Part shown: positions 49,778 to 62,842 of the stretch, piece after piece
How positions within the stretch are numbered: the stretch's first letter is position 1
How the letters are laid out: every line of letters begins with the position of its first letter
DNA from: Heterodontus francisci
Taxonomy: Eukaryota
NCBI RefSeq assembly: GCF_036365525.1
Contig: NC_090403.1
Location: forward strand, 26,173,461-26,237,460
Direction: 5' to 3'
Length of the DNA: 64,000 nucleotides
Made by a program: the position numbers and the translations under genes
Notes under the pieces: generated by a model
Seen by the model: only the letters and a program-made list of their open reading frames with translations
What the model was told of the DNA's origin: nothing
Database searches by the model: none

Positions 49778-51536
49778 TGTTATGACCTCAGTAGAGATTG
49801 CTGACTTTAAAGCAAGAGTTATGAACTCCCCAGACCAATTAAAGAATGACGTGACAAAATTTTACATTTTAAGATGTTTATTATAGCAACTAAACCACAA
49901 ATGAACATTAATTAAACAGAACTTAGTAGGTAGCTAATACACTAAATTACAGAGAAAGGTATTTCCCATTAACTTATTTACAGACTCAAAAACTCCACAC
50001 CACATTTATACGTTACACAGCATTCTCATCATAAAAGTATCCTTGCAGTTAAAAAGTCCCAAACTCCTCCCAGCTGCGATGGGTTGGATTTCCCAGTGTC
50101 CTTCTGAAAACCAATGTCCTCTTTGTTCACTTCTCCTGAGCACATTCGACTGGTCTTCCTTCCATTAGTAAGGCAATCTCTGGTGAGCCTGTCTTTTATT
50201 TTCCTCTGCAAACCTCAGCTTTCGAATTAGGCTCAAGTCTTAGCAGCTTTTGATTATATCGGTGATCTGAGAGCAACTGTTTCTCTCCCTCTCTCTTTAG
50301 GTTGCCCAGCTGCTGGTCTTTGTGTCTTCCTTTCAGCCCGCCAGAGCTAAAAAAGCCTCTTGAATTTATTCAGATCAAAAGTCAATAGTCATTTGCTTTT
50401 TACAATTCCCAGAGTCCATGGGCTGAATTTTACAAGTGTGCTGCCGTTTGCAGTGGTGCACTCTGATGGCGGCATGCATCCCTTGCAGATGCGCTGTCCC
50501 TGAGCCCCTGCGATATTTTGCGCATGGTCTCATTTAAATGGAGGGGGTGGTCAGCCGCCCCTGATAACATAGAGAGGGTGGCCACTGTGTCCCCGGCAAC
50601 AGCGCCCAGTGCCACCGCACCGGCGGCGGTACCATTTTTAAAGGGCTTCAAGCGCTGACAGGTCATTAAAATTTTTAAAGAGGAAGGATGATGCAAATTT
50701 AAGTAAACATGTCATAACATTCTCACTACTATCACACACATCACCAAGGAAGAATTGATGGATTAATTGGACATGACCCCCCAAAAACGTTTCTGCTGAT
50801 ACTGACCTTTCCCCCCCAACCTTTAGCAACTTTAAACTGTGGCCTCTTCCCACCATCCCCCCAGCAAACAGAAGTGTTTTCCCTGCTTCCACCACCCCCC
50901 CCACCAGCCCTGAAATTTGCACTTCTCCCCCCTCCACACAAGTGTCTTGCCTTGGAATTCTGTATAGAGTTCGGTTGCGGCCTGCGCCCGTAATATCACC
51001 ATGGGATGGCCGCCCAGTCCAGGTAAGTTCATTACCATTTATTGTAACGCATTTAATATTTAAATGTAGGCCCCGCTGCCAAGCGGCAGGGGTGGCCGCA
51101 CCGAGGCCTCGTTGCTGCTGGTAATATGCGACGGGGCCTTCTTGGCTTTGTGGGTCATGGTGGGCCTCTCCCGCAAGTATTTTACAGATCACCCTGCCAT
51201 GACCCAAGGCATCAAGGGGCTGGTAAAATCCAGCCCCATAAGTCTGACGATGGCAAAACTACCTGGGCCTTCCTTTGTTTCCAGGTGTTAACAATCGCAA
51301 CTCAAATTTGCATTTTAAAGCCCTGGCTCCCTGTTTGTAGTCTTTGAGTCTTTGAGAGTGAAACCCATTGTCCTTTAGGTGTTGCAACCTTGCCCCTTGC
51401 TTTGAAAAGGATCTGAGTTTCTGATTCTCATGTAACCAAGACCCCTGGCTTGTCCCTGGGCAGATTTTACACTGTATTAAAGATCACAGTTTTTAAAACA
51501 TAACCACACTTCATAACTTTACCGGCATTCATAACT
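49778..51536 (-). mobile_element. Solo LTR (Gypsy-like) containing a nested MITE
   Basis: TGTTATGA...TCATAACT termini; 4-bp TSD ATAG (49774-49777 / 51537-51540); the CR1 rejoins across it. Confidence 0.75.
50420..51236. mobile_element. Harbinger-type MITE
   Basis: TIRs GGGCTGAATTTTAC / GTAAAATCCAGCCC; 3-bp TSD CAT. Confidence 0.8.
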
Positions 51537-53265
51537 ATAGGTATAAATACGTATAAAAGACCTGAGTATGGGGAGTACAATTTTGAAGTTTGTAAATGTT
51601 ACAAAAATTGGCAATGTAGTAAATATTTTTTAACATTTTTTTAAGGAGGATAATAGCAGACCTCTGGAGGACATGGACATACTGTTGCAATGGGCAGATA
51701 CGTAGCAGATGCAATTTAGTACAGCTAAGTGTGAAGTGATGCAATTTAAGAGGAACAACATGGAGAAACAGTACAATGTAAATGAGACTATTTTGAGGGG
51801 TGTGCAAGAACAGAGGGACCCGGGGGGTGCATATGCACCAATCTTTGAATGTGGCAGGGGCAATTTGATAAGGTGGTTAAATAGGTGAATGGGAGACTTG
51901 CCTTTGCAAATAGGAGCACTTAATACAATAACAAGGAAATCATGCTAAACCTTTGCAAATCACTGGTTAGGCCTCCTCTGGAATATCTGGGCATCAAACT
52001 TTAGGATGGATGCCAATGTCTTGCAGAGGGTACAGAGGAGGTTTACTAGGATGATACCAGGGATGAGGAATTTCAATTATGTAGAAAAATTGGAGAAGCT
52101 GAGATTGCTCTCCTTAGAGCAGAGAAGGTCTAATAGTCATAGTCAAAATTCTGAGGAGTTTTGTCAGAGCAAGTAGGAAGAATCTGGCAAGTGGGTGAGA
52201 TCATAGATTTTAAATAATTCGCAAAATAACTAAAGGAGAAATTAGGAGAATTTTCGCCACACAGAGGGTTGGTAAGATCTGCAACACACTGCCTGAAAGG
52301 GAATCAAGAACTTTCAAAACGTAAATGGACATATTTTTCATGGAATTAATTTACTGGATTATGGGGAAAAAACTGGGGTTTGGAATTAAATTGGACAGAT
52401 CTTTCAAAGAGCCAGCACAGCATGAACAGGCCGAACAGCCTCCTTCTGAGCTATAAGATTCTTGATTCTATGATTTATTTCTCTATTTTAGAAAATACAT
52501 ATAATATTGCTCTGAGATAATAATGAAAACACACTAATGCTAGTTTTCTGAAATAAAACAGAAAGTTGTAGAACAAATAGTATTGAAGAGTTTTCCGAAA
52601 ACAATAAGCCACATTATTCTTACTGATGTTGATTGATGTGCTGTGAATTTCCAATGCTTTCTGTTTTAATTTCAGATTTCTTTTCCATGTAACTCTTCTT
52701 CATCTTTTATACAGCTGCATATATACGTAACTTCCTTTTCTTGCTGATTGCTTTGTAATCTGAGATGGCAGCAGTCTTTGCTGATACGGTGGAGTTTAAA
52801 TCATTATGAAGGGATATAAAGCAGTTTGAACTACATGAAATAATCTGAATGAGGCCTGATAGAATTTTGACTTATGTGATCTGCTCTTTTTACTGTTTTA
52901 AACAAAATGCCTCCATCAGTTAGAGTGTAATCATGAGTAACTGAATCAGGATGAAACTTTAGGTAAAAATATAACTGCCACAAAATAAAATTCAAACTCA
53001 GCAACTGTTATATAAGAGCAGCTAATTATTTTGACATGGACACATGGTAGAAATAATCTATGCATAGATGCATTTTGTACTGAATTCTATTAGATGGTGC
53101 TCCACTCCCTTTGCAGTCCTATAAATGTATTACCCTGTTTTTAATCATGCATTATTAAAAATAAATCTAGCGTTGTTAGGGTCTGAAGTTCTGTTAATGG
53201 ATGATAAATACCTGGTAGTTCAAGATAATAGGGTGAACAGGTTTTGGGTGTTAATTAGTTAATTT

Positions 53266-53607
53266 GGGGCGGCACAGTGGCGCAGTGGTTAGCACCGCAG
53301 CCTCACAGCTCCAGCGACCCGGGTTCAATTCTGGGTACTGCCTGTGTGGAGTTTGCAAGTTCTCCCTGTGTCTGCGTGGGTTTTCGCCGGGTGCTCCGGT
53401 TTCCTCCCACAGCCAAAAGACTTGCAGGTTGATAGGTAAATTGGCCATTATAAATTGCCACTAGTATAGGTAGGTGGTAGGGAAATATAGGGACAGGTGA
53501 GGATGTGGTAGGAATATGGGATTAGTGTAGGATTAGTATAAATGGGTGGTTAATGGTCAGCACAGACTCGGTGGGCCGAAGGGTCTGTTTCAGTGCTGTA
53601 TCTCTAA
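53266..53607 (+). mobile_element. HE1-like V-SINE, full length
   Basis: tRNA-derived head (A box tggcgcagtgg, B box gggttcaattc), V-domain, CR1-like tail. Confidence 0.92.
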
Positions 53608-54804
53608 ATCAAAAAAAATTGTGTTCAAATGTATCTATAAAGAAGAGTCAGCCAGCACCAGCTGTGTGTTGTTAGGAGTGGAGTGGAGAAGTAAGCTCTG
53701 TGGCAAGCAATAAACAGTCTCTACCTAAGCTTCATGGTCTCAGTGTCTTGGAAGTTCTATAACAGTGTTTTGTGATTTGCTTAACTGGTCATATCTCAAG
53801 GTGTGAGGACATGGTTGTCAAAGATGCAAGGAATTAATTGTGACATTGTAGGAATTAATTGTGACATTGTAGTTCTCATACAGAGCAATATGAAATGATA
53901 GGATATAGATCCACTCACTGGTTACTTCCCTATTCCGGCAGTATTACTGTGGCGAAGCGTCAAGTGGCGGTTGGGCATTTCACTGTAGGAAAGGAGGGAA
54001 CCCAAAGCAACATGCTACCTCGGGATGCTATCAGACAACTCTGAACAGAGTGTCCGAGGTGTGTGCCTGCCTGGTAGCTTTCATATTGACTACAGTTGCA
54101 CAAGTCCTTAGTAAATGATGGACCATTGACAGAATCACCAAAGTAATCTAAGTAGACTCAATGCTGCACACTTAGGATGAACATGAAGTTTGCCGAATTG
54201 AAGTCTGGCTTTCTTTTTCTATTCTATTGTTTTATAATTTTTTCTTGTTTTCTTGGTAGGCCCACAAGGAGATTCATGCTGGTACTTTGCAAACGTACTT
54301 TCCTCCTTCTTCAACAATTTCCTCCCTCTCAATGCAGGTCACTAGGACCACTAATGACCACTGGCAATAGCTCTGGTTTTAGTCTGGGGTAAGGCAGATT
54401 CACACAGATCTCAGAAGGGAGAGGTGGACCTTTGGGACCCCTCCCAGAAGTGCTCATAGCAACTGAAATATTTATTTAACCATGTTGCCATTGGTGATAA
54501 GCGTGGCACAGTAGAGCTGACTTTCAGCAACAAACTTTAAAATTAGCTATGTGATAGAGGAGTACTGAGATTAGGGCTACATAAATCTACCTTTGAAGAA
54601 CCCCAATAATACTGATACTGGCCATAGGTGGTGTCCTAGTATTGCTGTGGTTTAATTGAACAAATGGAGGCTGAGTGCTTTTTGCTCGATAGGTAGATAT
54701 TAAATGCTGTTAAAGGCATTTTTCCATTTATACAGCACCTTTCACATGCTTAAAACACCCTAATAATCTTCACAGCCAATGGAGTACTCTTGACGTATAT
54801 AAAA

Positions 54805-55600
54805 AGACTTGGATTTATATAGTGCCTCTCAACCAAAGGACATCTCAAAGCTCTTTGCAGCCAATGAAGTACTTTTGAAGTGTAGTCACTGATGTAATGC
54901 AGGAAACACAGCAGCCAGTATGCGTACAGCAAGCTCCCACAAATAGCAATGTGATAATGACCAGATAATTTGTTTTTGTGATGTTGATTGAGAAATAAAT
55001 ATTGGCCAGGACACTGGGGATAACTTCTCTGCTCTTCTTCAAAACAGTGCCATAGGGCAGCACAGTGGTTAGCACCGCAGCCTCACAGCTCCAGGGACCT
55101 GGGTTCGATTCCGGGTACTGTGGAGTTTGCAAGTTCTCCCTGTGTCTGCGTGGGTTTCCTCCGGGTGCTCCGGTTTCCTCCCACAGCCAAAAGACTTGCA
55201 GGGTGATAGGTAAATTGGCCATTATAAATTGTCACTAGTATAGGTAGGTGGTAGGGATATATAGGGACAGGTGGGGATGTTTGGTAGGAATATGGGATTA
55301 GTGTAGGATTAGTATAAATGGGTGGTTGATGGTCGGCACAGACTCGGTGGGCCGAAGGGCCTGTTTCAGTGCTGTATCTCTAATCTAAAAAAATATTTTC
55401 AATCCACCCAATCAAGCAGATGGGGCCTGAATTTAACGTCTCATCTGAAAGACAGCACCTCTTGCAGTGCCACACTCCCTCAGTACTACACCAGAGTGTC
55501 AGCATTTTTTTTTGCACTGAAGCCCTGGAGTGAGACATGAACCAAGAATCTTATAACTGAGAAACAAGAGTGCTACTAACTGAGCCACAGCTGACACTAT
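54805..55600 (-). mobile_element. Deu-domain SINE interrupted by an HE1-like SINE
   Basis: tttaacgtctcatctgaaagacagcacctc...actccctcagtac and aaatattggccaggaca, the reverse of 35055-35385. Confidence 0.7.
55055..55387 (+). mobile_element. HE1-like V-SINE
   Basis: Near-identical to 53266-53607. Confidence 0.92.
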
Positions 55601-55699
55601 CAATTGCTATATATTCACTATTGCAATGCAGGCAATCTTAATACGATCTGTTAGACTGTGCATTGGATTGCATTGTGGGTGCGCTATCAGGCTTCACAC

Positions 55700-55933
55700 T
55701 AGAAGAAGGATATTGAGGCTGTATAGATTTTGCTTGGCACTGGGAAATAAAGTACATGACAGGACTTGAAAAATTGGGTGATTTTCCATTAGAACAACAG
55801 ATTAGAAGGCACTATCTTAGAAGTATTTAAATTAATGAGAGAAAGGGACAGCGAAGTCAGAAGCAGATTGTTTCCAGCATAGTGGGGTAATAGATGAGTG
55901 TCCATAGATACAAGATTAAGTTTAAGAGATTTT
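55700..55933 (+). mobile_element. Old CR1 3' fragment abutting psiA
   Basis: gaaggatattgaggc...ttttccattagaaca..agattaga...agaagtatttaaattaatgag. Confidence 0.55.
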
Positions 55934-55963
55934 ATCAATCTGCTTCACCCTGGGTTGGCGAAA

Positions 55964-56700
55964 ATGGCTCTTTCATGTATTTGGGGATTTTGGATTGTGC
56001 TGGTCTTGTTGCCCAGGACAGAGTCTGGCCATGAGAGGCTGAAGTTACAGCAACTTCTCAACACAAAGATTCTGAGCAAACTGAATAAAATGGTGAGTTT
56101 AAACAGATCTTCATCTATTCCATCACCAGACCTTGCGTATGTGACAAATTGTATTAACAGGAACACTCCTGTGTTCCAACTAGGTAGACTATCCCTGCAA
56201 TATGTGACAAGGAGAGGAGCACCTCAGAGCACCTTAAATGTAAGTATTCCAGTTCACTTTATATTTCTACTGTAGCTGCGCCTGACATGTTGATCAGGTT
56301 TTTAAATGGATAAATAATATTGTTGAAGAACACACTTAACTGTGGTCCTTTAAGCTTTTGAATAGTGTCAAGATACCTGTGAAGTAACTGTATATATTCT
56401 ATAGGCCAAGGAAAAGATCCTGGTTATCCATCAAATATTGGATCAAACCAACAAGACGTTGCTCTGCACCATGGGACTCTGTCAGGCTCCAATAATGAGG
56501 AAATTCAGGAATACCTCAGGAAATTGAGGGAGCTTTTAGAACTGGGATTCACATTTGATGGTTTTATTCCTAGTGAAGTACCATGTGGATAAACCCAATG
56601 TACAAAATCCTCAAGCAATAAATACCCGGGACTGAACGTGACTCCAGTCACTACACGTATTTTTAAAGATTTCCTCTGTTGTGTATTTCCTGTTAGAAAA
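55964..56700 (+). pseudogene. Type I interferon pseudogene, subfamily A (psiA)
   Basis: Exon 1 55964-56092 (MALSCIWGFWIVLVLLP...LNKM|gtgagt; first Cys lost); exon 2 56180-56239 (acceptor cag>caa, 30-nt deletion, Cys>Tyr); exon 3 remnant 56405-56545 with frameshifting deletions; introns alignable to gene A; exon 4 not found. Confidence 0.9.
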
Positions 56701-58344
56701 TATTGGGCCATAATTTGCTGTCAAAATAATGGTGTGACTAATAGTACTCACCGTTATTCATGCGCAAAAGGTACAGCAAGGGCAGATATGAGATAAAATG
56801 GAGAAAGCCAAAAGTTGCTGTTGGTAATGTGCTGCTCTGCAATTAGCTTTGTGAAAATGGCATCCTGCTTTACCATTGAAATACATCGAATGGTGTGATG
56901 TTGCTATATTTTCATGGTAGATAAAAACTAATCTTGCTACAGAAATTTAAGCTTTGCCCATTGCAGCCATTTTAGCAAGAGGAATGTTGATTACTGCCAG
57001 TTAACCTCTCTGGTACTGAGAAATGACCATTAAAAGTGTTGAGTCTCATTTCTTCAGCTTAGCTAGGGAATAGGATCTATGGCTGCAAGGACAGCACAAG
57101 CAAATCAATGCTGAATTTTAACTGTGTATTAGGCAATGCTATGGAATATGCAAATTATCACACACCCAGCTGTAGACAAGTACACTGAGCTCAGAACTGT
57201 AAAATGCTGTAAATTTCCAAAATAAAACTTGCAAGATCTTGTCGTAAGTGTATGTTTAATTATTTTCAATAATAATTAGATGCTTAATAAATCTGTGACT
57301 GTCTGACAGGACTCACCACCAGTTTTAAGGTGGGTTTGCAATGCAGAATCCAGACCAATATATCTTAATCCAAACTTCATTTTGCATCTCCCACACCAGC
57401 CATTCTGAGTGAGATTTGCAATTTCATGCTGAACTATAGGAAGTTTGTGTCGGGAAGCCTGTAAAAGTTCAATTGTTCCCCCAAGTCTGATCATATCAAT
57501 AGTTTGCACTGCCCACCTTATCAGGTGAGCTATTTGCACAGGAGGCTGCTCATTGACTGATCACATACGATGAGAAATCCCACTCTCCAAATTCAGTTTA
57601 AATGAAATTGAAAGTGATACTAAGACTGAAAGCGACTGTGAAAATAACAGGTGACTGGGCAGTGATTACTGCAGAGTTTAGCCACTTGTCTTACCACAAT
57701 AGAGAAAGAGATTCACAAAATAGAGGAAACTACTCTAATATTTTACAGGATATGTGTCAGGGCTGCGGCAACATGGAAGGGCATATGTCAAACTCAATCC
57801 AATGTTTCCATTCCATTGAATTTCCATCCTGACCCGAAACGTTAACTCTGCTTCTCTTTCCACAGATGCTGCCAGACCTGCTGAGTGGTTCCACCATTTC
57901 TTGTTTTTATTTCCATTCCATTGTTTTGCCGGTAATTCCAACCTGAAAAATCTAAACAGTAGATTGCTGAAGTGAAGCAATGCTACTTCTAGTGACATAG
58001 TACTCACTACATCAGTGACAATACATAAACAGGCCTCAGCAGTTCGTGGCTGGCAGACCTGGACTTGTAATTCACATCTATATGCTATAAATTACATTTA
58101 CTTTTGTAGAAACCATTTACTGTGCTTCAGTTGGATAATACTATTGTTAAACTTTCCTGAGACCTTTTCTTTATGCTATGCAAGTGCTTCTTTTACAAAT
58201 AAAAGCAAATACTGCAGATGCTGGAAATCTGAAACACTAACAAGAAATGCTGGAAATACTCAGCAGGTATGGCGTCATCTGTGGAGAGAGAAACAGAGTA
58301 AACATTTCAGGTCAGTGACCCTCTTTTACAAATACCGTTACTAT

Positions 58345-61300
58345 TGAGACCAGGAAGGTATTGGATTGTATCCCTCATTGGGGTTAACTAAGCTGGGATA
58401 GTATTATGGATGTCCTTAGTCTTAGCATTGACTTCAGACCCCATAAAGTCTCATGGCATCAAGTCAAACATGGGCAAGGAAACCTCCTGCTGATTGCCTC
58501 CCCCCACCAACTCCCCCCGCCCCCCACCCCCACTCCCATCTTGGCTGATGAACCAGTGCTTTTCCATGTTAAACACCAGTTGGAAGAAACACGAATGGTA
58601 GCAAGGGCACAGAATGTACTCTGGGTGGGGGACTTCAATGTCCATCACTAAGAGTGGTGTGGAAACACCATTACTGACCGAGCTGGCCAAGTCCTAAAGG
58701 ACACTGCTGCTAGAGTGGATCTGCGGTAGGTGGTGACGGTACCAACCTACTTGACCTCGTCCTCACCAGTCTACCGTCCCAGATGCATCTGTCCATGACA
58801 GTATTGGTAGGAGTGAGCACCACACTGTCCTTGTGGAGACGAAGTTCCATCTCCACATTGAGGATACCCACTATTGTGTTGTGTGGCTTAATGGGATAGA
58901 TTTCGGACAGATCTGGCAACTCAAAACTGGGCATTCATGTGGCACTGTTGGCCATCAGCAGCAGCAGAATTGTACTCAGCCACAATCTGTAAACTCATGG
59001 CCCAGCATATCCCTCACTCTACCATTAACGTCAAGCTGGGGGACCAACCCTGGTTCAATGAAAGGTGCAGGAGGCACGCCAGGAGCAGAACCAGGCATAC
59101 CTAAAAATGAGGTGTCAACCTGGTGAAGCTACAACACAGGACTACTTGCATGCCAAATAGTATAAGCAGCATGCGATAGACAGGGCTAAGCGATCCCACA
59201 ACCAACGGATTAGGTCTAAGCTCTGCACTCCTGCCATATCCAGTCATGAATGGTGGTGGACAATTAAACAACTAAAAGGAGGAGGATAAATATCCCCATC
59301 CTCAAAGATGAGGGAGCCCAGCACATCAGTGCAAAAGATGATGCTGAAGCATTTGAAACAATCTTCAGGCAAAAGTACCAAGTTGATGATCCATCTCGGC
59401 CTCCTTCCCAGCATCACAGATACCAATCTTCAGCCAATCCGATTCACTCCATGTGATATCAAGAAATGACTGAAGGCAATGGATATTGCAAAGGCCTAAC
59501 AACATTCTGGCCATAGTACTAAAGACTTTGCTCCAGAACTAGCCGCGTCCCTAGCCAAGCTGTTCCAGTACAGCTACAACACTGGCATCTACCCAGCAAT
59601 GTGGAAAATTGCCCAAGTATGTCCTGTGTACAAAAAGCAGGACAAATCCAATCCAGCCAATTACCGCCCTATCAGTGTACTCTCAATCATCATCAAAGTG
59701 ATGGAAGGGGTTGTCAACAGTGCTATCAAGCGACACTTGCTCAACAATAACCTGCTCACTGACACTCAGTTTGGGTTTTGCCAGGTTCACAAGGCTCCTG
59801 ACCTCATTGCAGCCTTTGTCCAAGCATGGACAAAAGAGCTGAACTCCAGAGGTGAGGTGACAGTAACTGCCCTTGACATCAAGGCAGCATTTCATGGAGT
59901 AGGACATCAAGGAGCTCTAGCAAAAATGGAGTCAATGGGCATCGGGGAAAAACTCTCCACTGGAGTCATACCTAGCATAAAGGAAAATGGTTGTGTTTAT
60001 TGGAGGCCAATCATCTCAGCCCCAGGCCATCACTGCAGGAGTTCCTCAGGGTAGTGTCCTCGGCTCAACCATCTTTGGCTGCTTCATTAATGACCTTCCA
60101 TCCACCATAGGTCAGAAGTGGGGATGTTCACTGATGATTACTCAATGTTCAGCATCATTTGTGACTCCTCAGATACTGAAGCAGTCTGTGCCCACATGCA
60201 GCAAGACCTGGAGAACATTTAGACTTGGGACAATTTTTGGTCTTTCATGGGTTGTGGGTGCCATTGACAAGGCCAGCATTTGTTGGCCATACCTAATTGA
60301 CCTTGAGAAGGTGAACCGCTGCAGTTCATCTGGTGCAGGTACACCCACAGCGCAGTTAGGGAGGGTGTTCCAGGATTTTGATACAGCGACAGTGAAGGAA
60401 TGGAATAGTTCCAAGTCAGGATAGTGTGTGATAAGTGATAAGCGGCAAGTAATATATACGCCACGCAAGTGCCAGGCAAGCATCGTCTCCAACAGAATAG
60501 AATCTAGCCATCTCCCCTTGAGGTTCAACGGTATTATCACAATTGAATCCCCTACTATCAGCATTCTGGGGGTTGCCATTGACCAGAACTGGACCAGCCA
60601 TATAAATACTGTGGCTATAAAAGCAGGTCTGAGGCTGGGCATTCTGCAGTGAGTAACTCACCTCCTGACTGCTAAAATAAAAGCAAAATACTGCAGATGC
60701 TGGAAATCTGAAATAAAAACAAGAAATGCTGGAACCACTCAGCACGTCTGGCAGCATCTGTGGAAAGAGAAGCAGAGTTAACGTTTCGGGTCAGTGACCC
60801 TTCTTCGGTTTCGGGTGGCACAGTGGCGCAGTGGTTAGCACCGCAGCCTCACAGCTCCAGCGACCCGGGTTCAATTCTGGGTACTGCCTGTGTGGAGTTT
60901 GCAAGTTCTCCCTGTGTCTGCGTGGGTTTTCGCCGGGTGCTCCGGTTTCCTCCCACAGCCAAAGACTTGCCGGTTGATAGGTAAATTGGCCATTATAAAT
61001 TGCCCCTAGTATAGGTAGGTGGTAGGGGAATATAGGGACAGGTGGGGATGTGGTAGGAATATGGGATTAGTGTAGGATTAGTATAAATGGGTGGTTGATG
61101 GTCGCCACAGACTCGGTGGGCCGAAGGGCCTGTTTCAGTGCTGTATCTCTAAATAAATAAATAAACTCACCAAGGGTCCTTTGACAACTTCTTCCAACCC
61201 TGTGACCTCTACCACCAGAAGAACAAGTGCAGTAGCTGCATGGGAACACCATGACCTGCAAGTTCCCCTCCAAGCCACACACCATCCTGACTTGGAACTA

Positions 61301-61460
61301 TATCACCCCCTTCCTAACAGTACTGTCAGTGTACCTACACCAGATGGACTTCGACAGTTTAAGAAGGTGGCTCACCACCATTTTCTCGAGGGCAGTTAGG
61401 GATGGGCAACAAATGCTGACCTTGCCAATGATGCTCACATCCCATGAATGTATTAAAAAA
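58345..61460 (+). mobile_element. Decayed CR1/L2-clade LINE ORF2 (endonuclease + RT) with nested insertions
   Basis: NVLWVGDFNVHH; WKIAQVCPVYKKQDKSNPANYRPISVLS; ALDIKAAF; GVPQGSVLG..FINDLP. Confidence 0.92.
60813..61164 (+). mobile_element. HE1-like V-SINE with (TAAA)n tail
   Basis: Near-identical to 53266-53607. Confidence 0.92.
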
Positions 61461-61889
61461 AAATCACCTTGGGGAAGAACTTAAAGTTAGAGCTGATTAA
61501 ATGAAGGAATCATTGTCAGCAATTTTTTTTCTAAATTGGGAGAAGCAATAACTGTTTCTGTACAAAATGACCTACCAAGCACTTTAGTAACATTAACGGA
61601 TAGTTAACTAGCTTTTTTTACTCTCTGATTTTGCTATTTTCATCTCAGTGTCTTAGGAATGCAATTTTCTCCTCTCAAAGGCAAAACAATTGTGCAGGAC
61701 CTTTAGCATAGTAAAGCATCTCAAAATGTTTCACAAAGATTAGAAATAGACTCCAAACAGTAGCAAAAGAAACAATGGAGGTGATTAAGGGCAAGGCAGG
61801 AAGGATGGATTTTGAGGAGGCCTTTGAAGATTGGAAGAGTCATAGCAAGGCTTTAAGGATAAAATTCTGGAGAATGGGCCCAAGGTCCT

Positions 61890-62045
61890 ATATTCATAAT
61901 CCATCCCCCCACTCCCACTCTGACTTCTCTGTACTCAGCCTCCTTCATTGTTCCAGTCAATGTAAGCCTGAGGAACAGCATATGCTTTCGATTAGACATT
62001 CGGGACTCAACATTGAGTTCAACAATTTCAGGTCATAACCATAGC
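61890..62045 (+). mobile_element. Penelope-like GIY-YIG C-terminal fragment
   Basis: HSHSDFSVLSLLHC...EEQHML-IR-SGLNIEFNNF. Confidence 0.6.
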
Positions 62046-62842
62046 ACCCAGTTTTTCAGATACAAGCTGTTTATAATGATTCTGCTATTACTGTTTACAC
62101 CTCCTGTCAGACTCTTAAAAAAGGTGTCTCACTTCTCTCTAAGGTCCTGACCCTGTACTGAGTAGCAATTGCACAAAAAAGACTTTGGATAAAACTCCCA
62201 CTTTATGTGGAACACCTTTATTAACTCACCAAGCAATGGTATATACTTACAACACCGGTTGCCTAGTAGACCTGCATACAGGAGCTCATTCCCGGGTGGT
62301 CCACTGAATGACTTCTCCTGCACGACTTCCTGTGACTGACCAAGTCATGCTACCAGGATGCAGCAATAATGTCCTTGTGAGCTGTGGCTTTATACCCCTT
62401 TCTGACCCTGGTGCCTCGACATATAAGGTAATGTTTTTAATTGGTTCGTCCGATTGGGTTTCCGTGCCTTATCAATCCCACCCTGGCTATTCAAGACTGC
62501 CTGCATGTGGTCATATCCTGCTGTCAGCAGAGGGAGTTCTTAGGTGCATATCACCCATAGATGTGATATCTGCATCTTGATAAGGCAAGAAGGAAAACAT
62601 TCACACATATTTTAAAAGGCCATTGTCCCTGAATGTGGTTGTAGACAGGCTGTTTGATGTTCTAACAGCCCAGGCAATCACATCAGTGGCATATCCTGAT
62701 TTGTCTGTCTATGTATGTATGTGTGAGGGTCCTAGTTCACTTACATTGTCTTTTATTTTTAAAAAATCCAAAATGGACCCCAGTGATGATGTCTTCAGTC
62801 AGAATTGTTCTCCCTTCATCCCAATATCGTTCACCTCCACAT

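Larger units (their letters stand above)
46190..52470 (+). mobile_element. Old CR1 LINE ORF2 broken by nested insertions
   Basis: Endonuclease (ALLDLVLGNEVGQV), RT (gcaaatgttacacccctgttcaa, ggggttccc) and 3' end pieces in collinear order. Confidence 0.85.

Noticed and set aside
50638-51207. 189-aa ORF
   Set aside because: Lies within a GC-rich non-autonomous MITE and has no domain motifs.
53266-53340. tRNA gene
   Set aside because: The A/B boxes are the head of a multi-copy V-SINE; no complete cloverleaf was seen.
53829-53870. 21-nt direct repeat
   Set aside because: Simple two-copy slippage duplication with no spacers; not CRISPR-like, and the DNA is eukaryotic.
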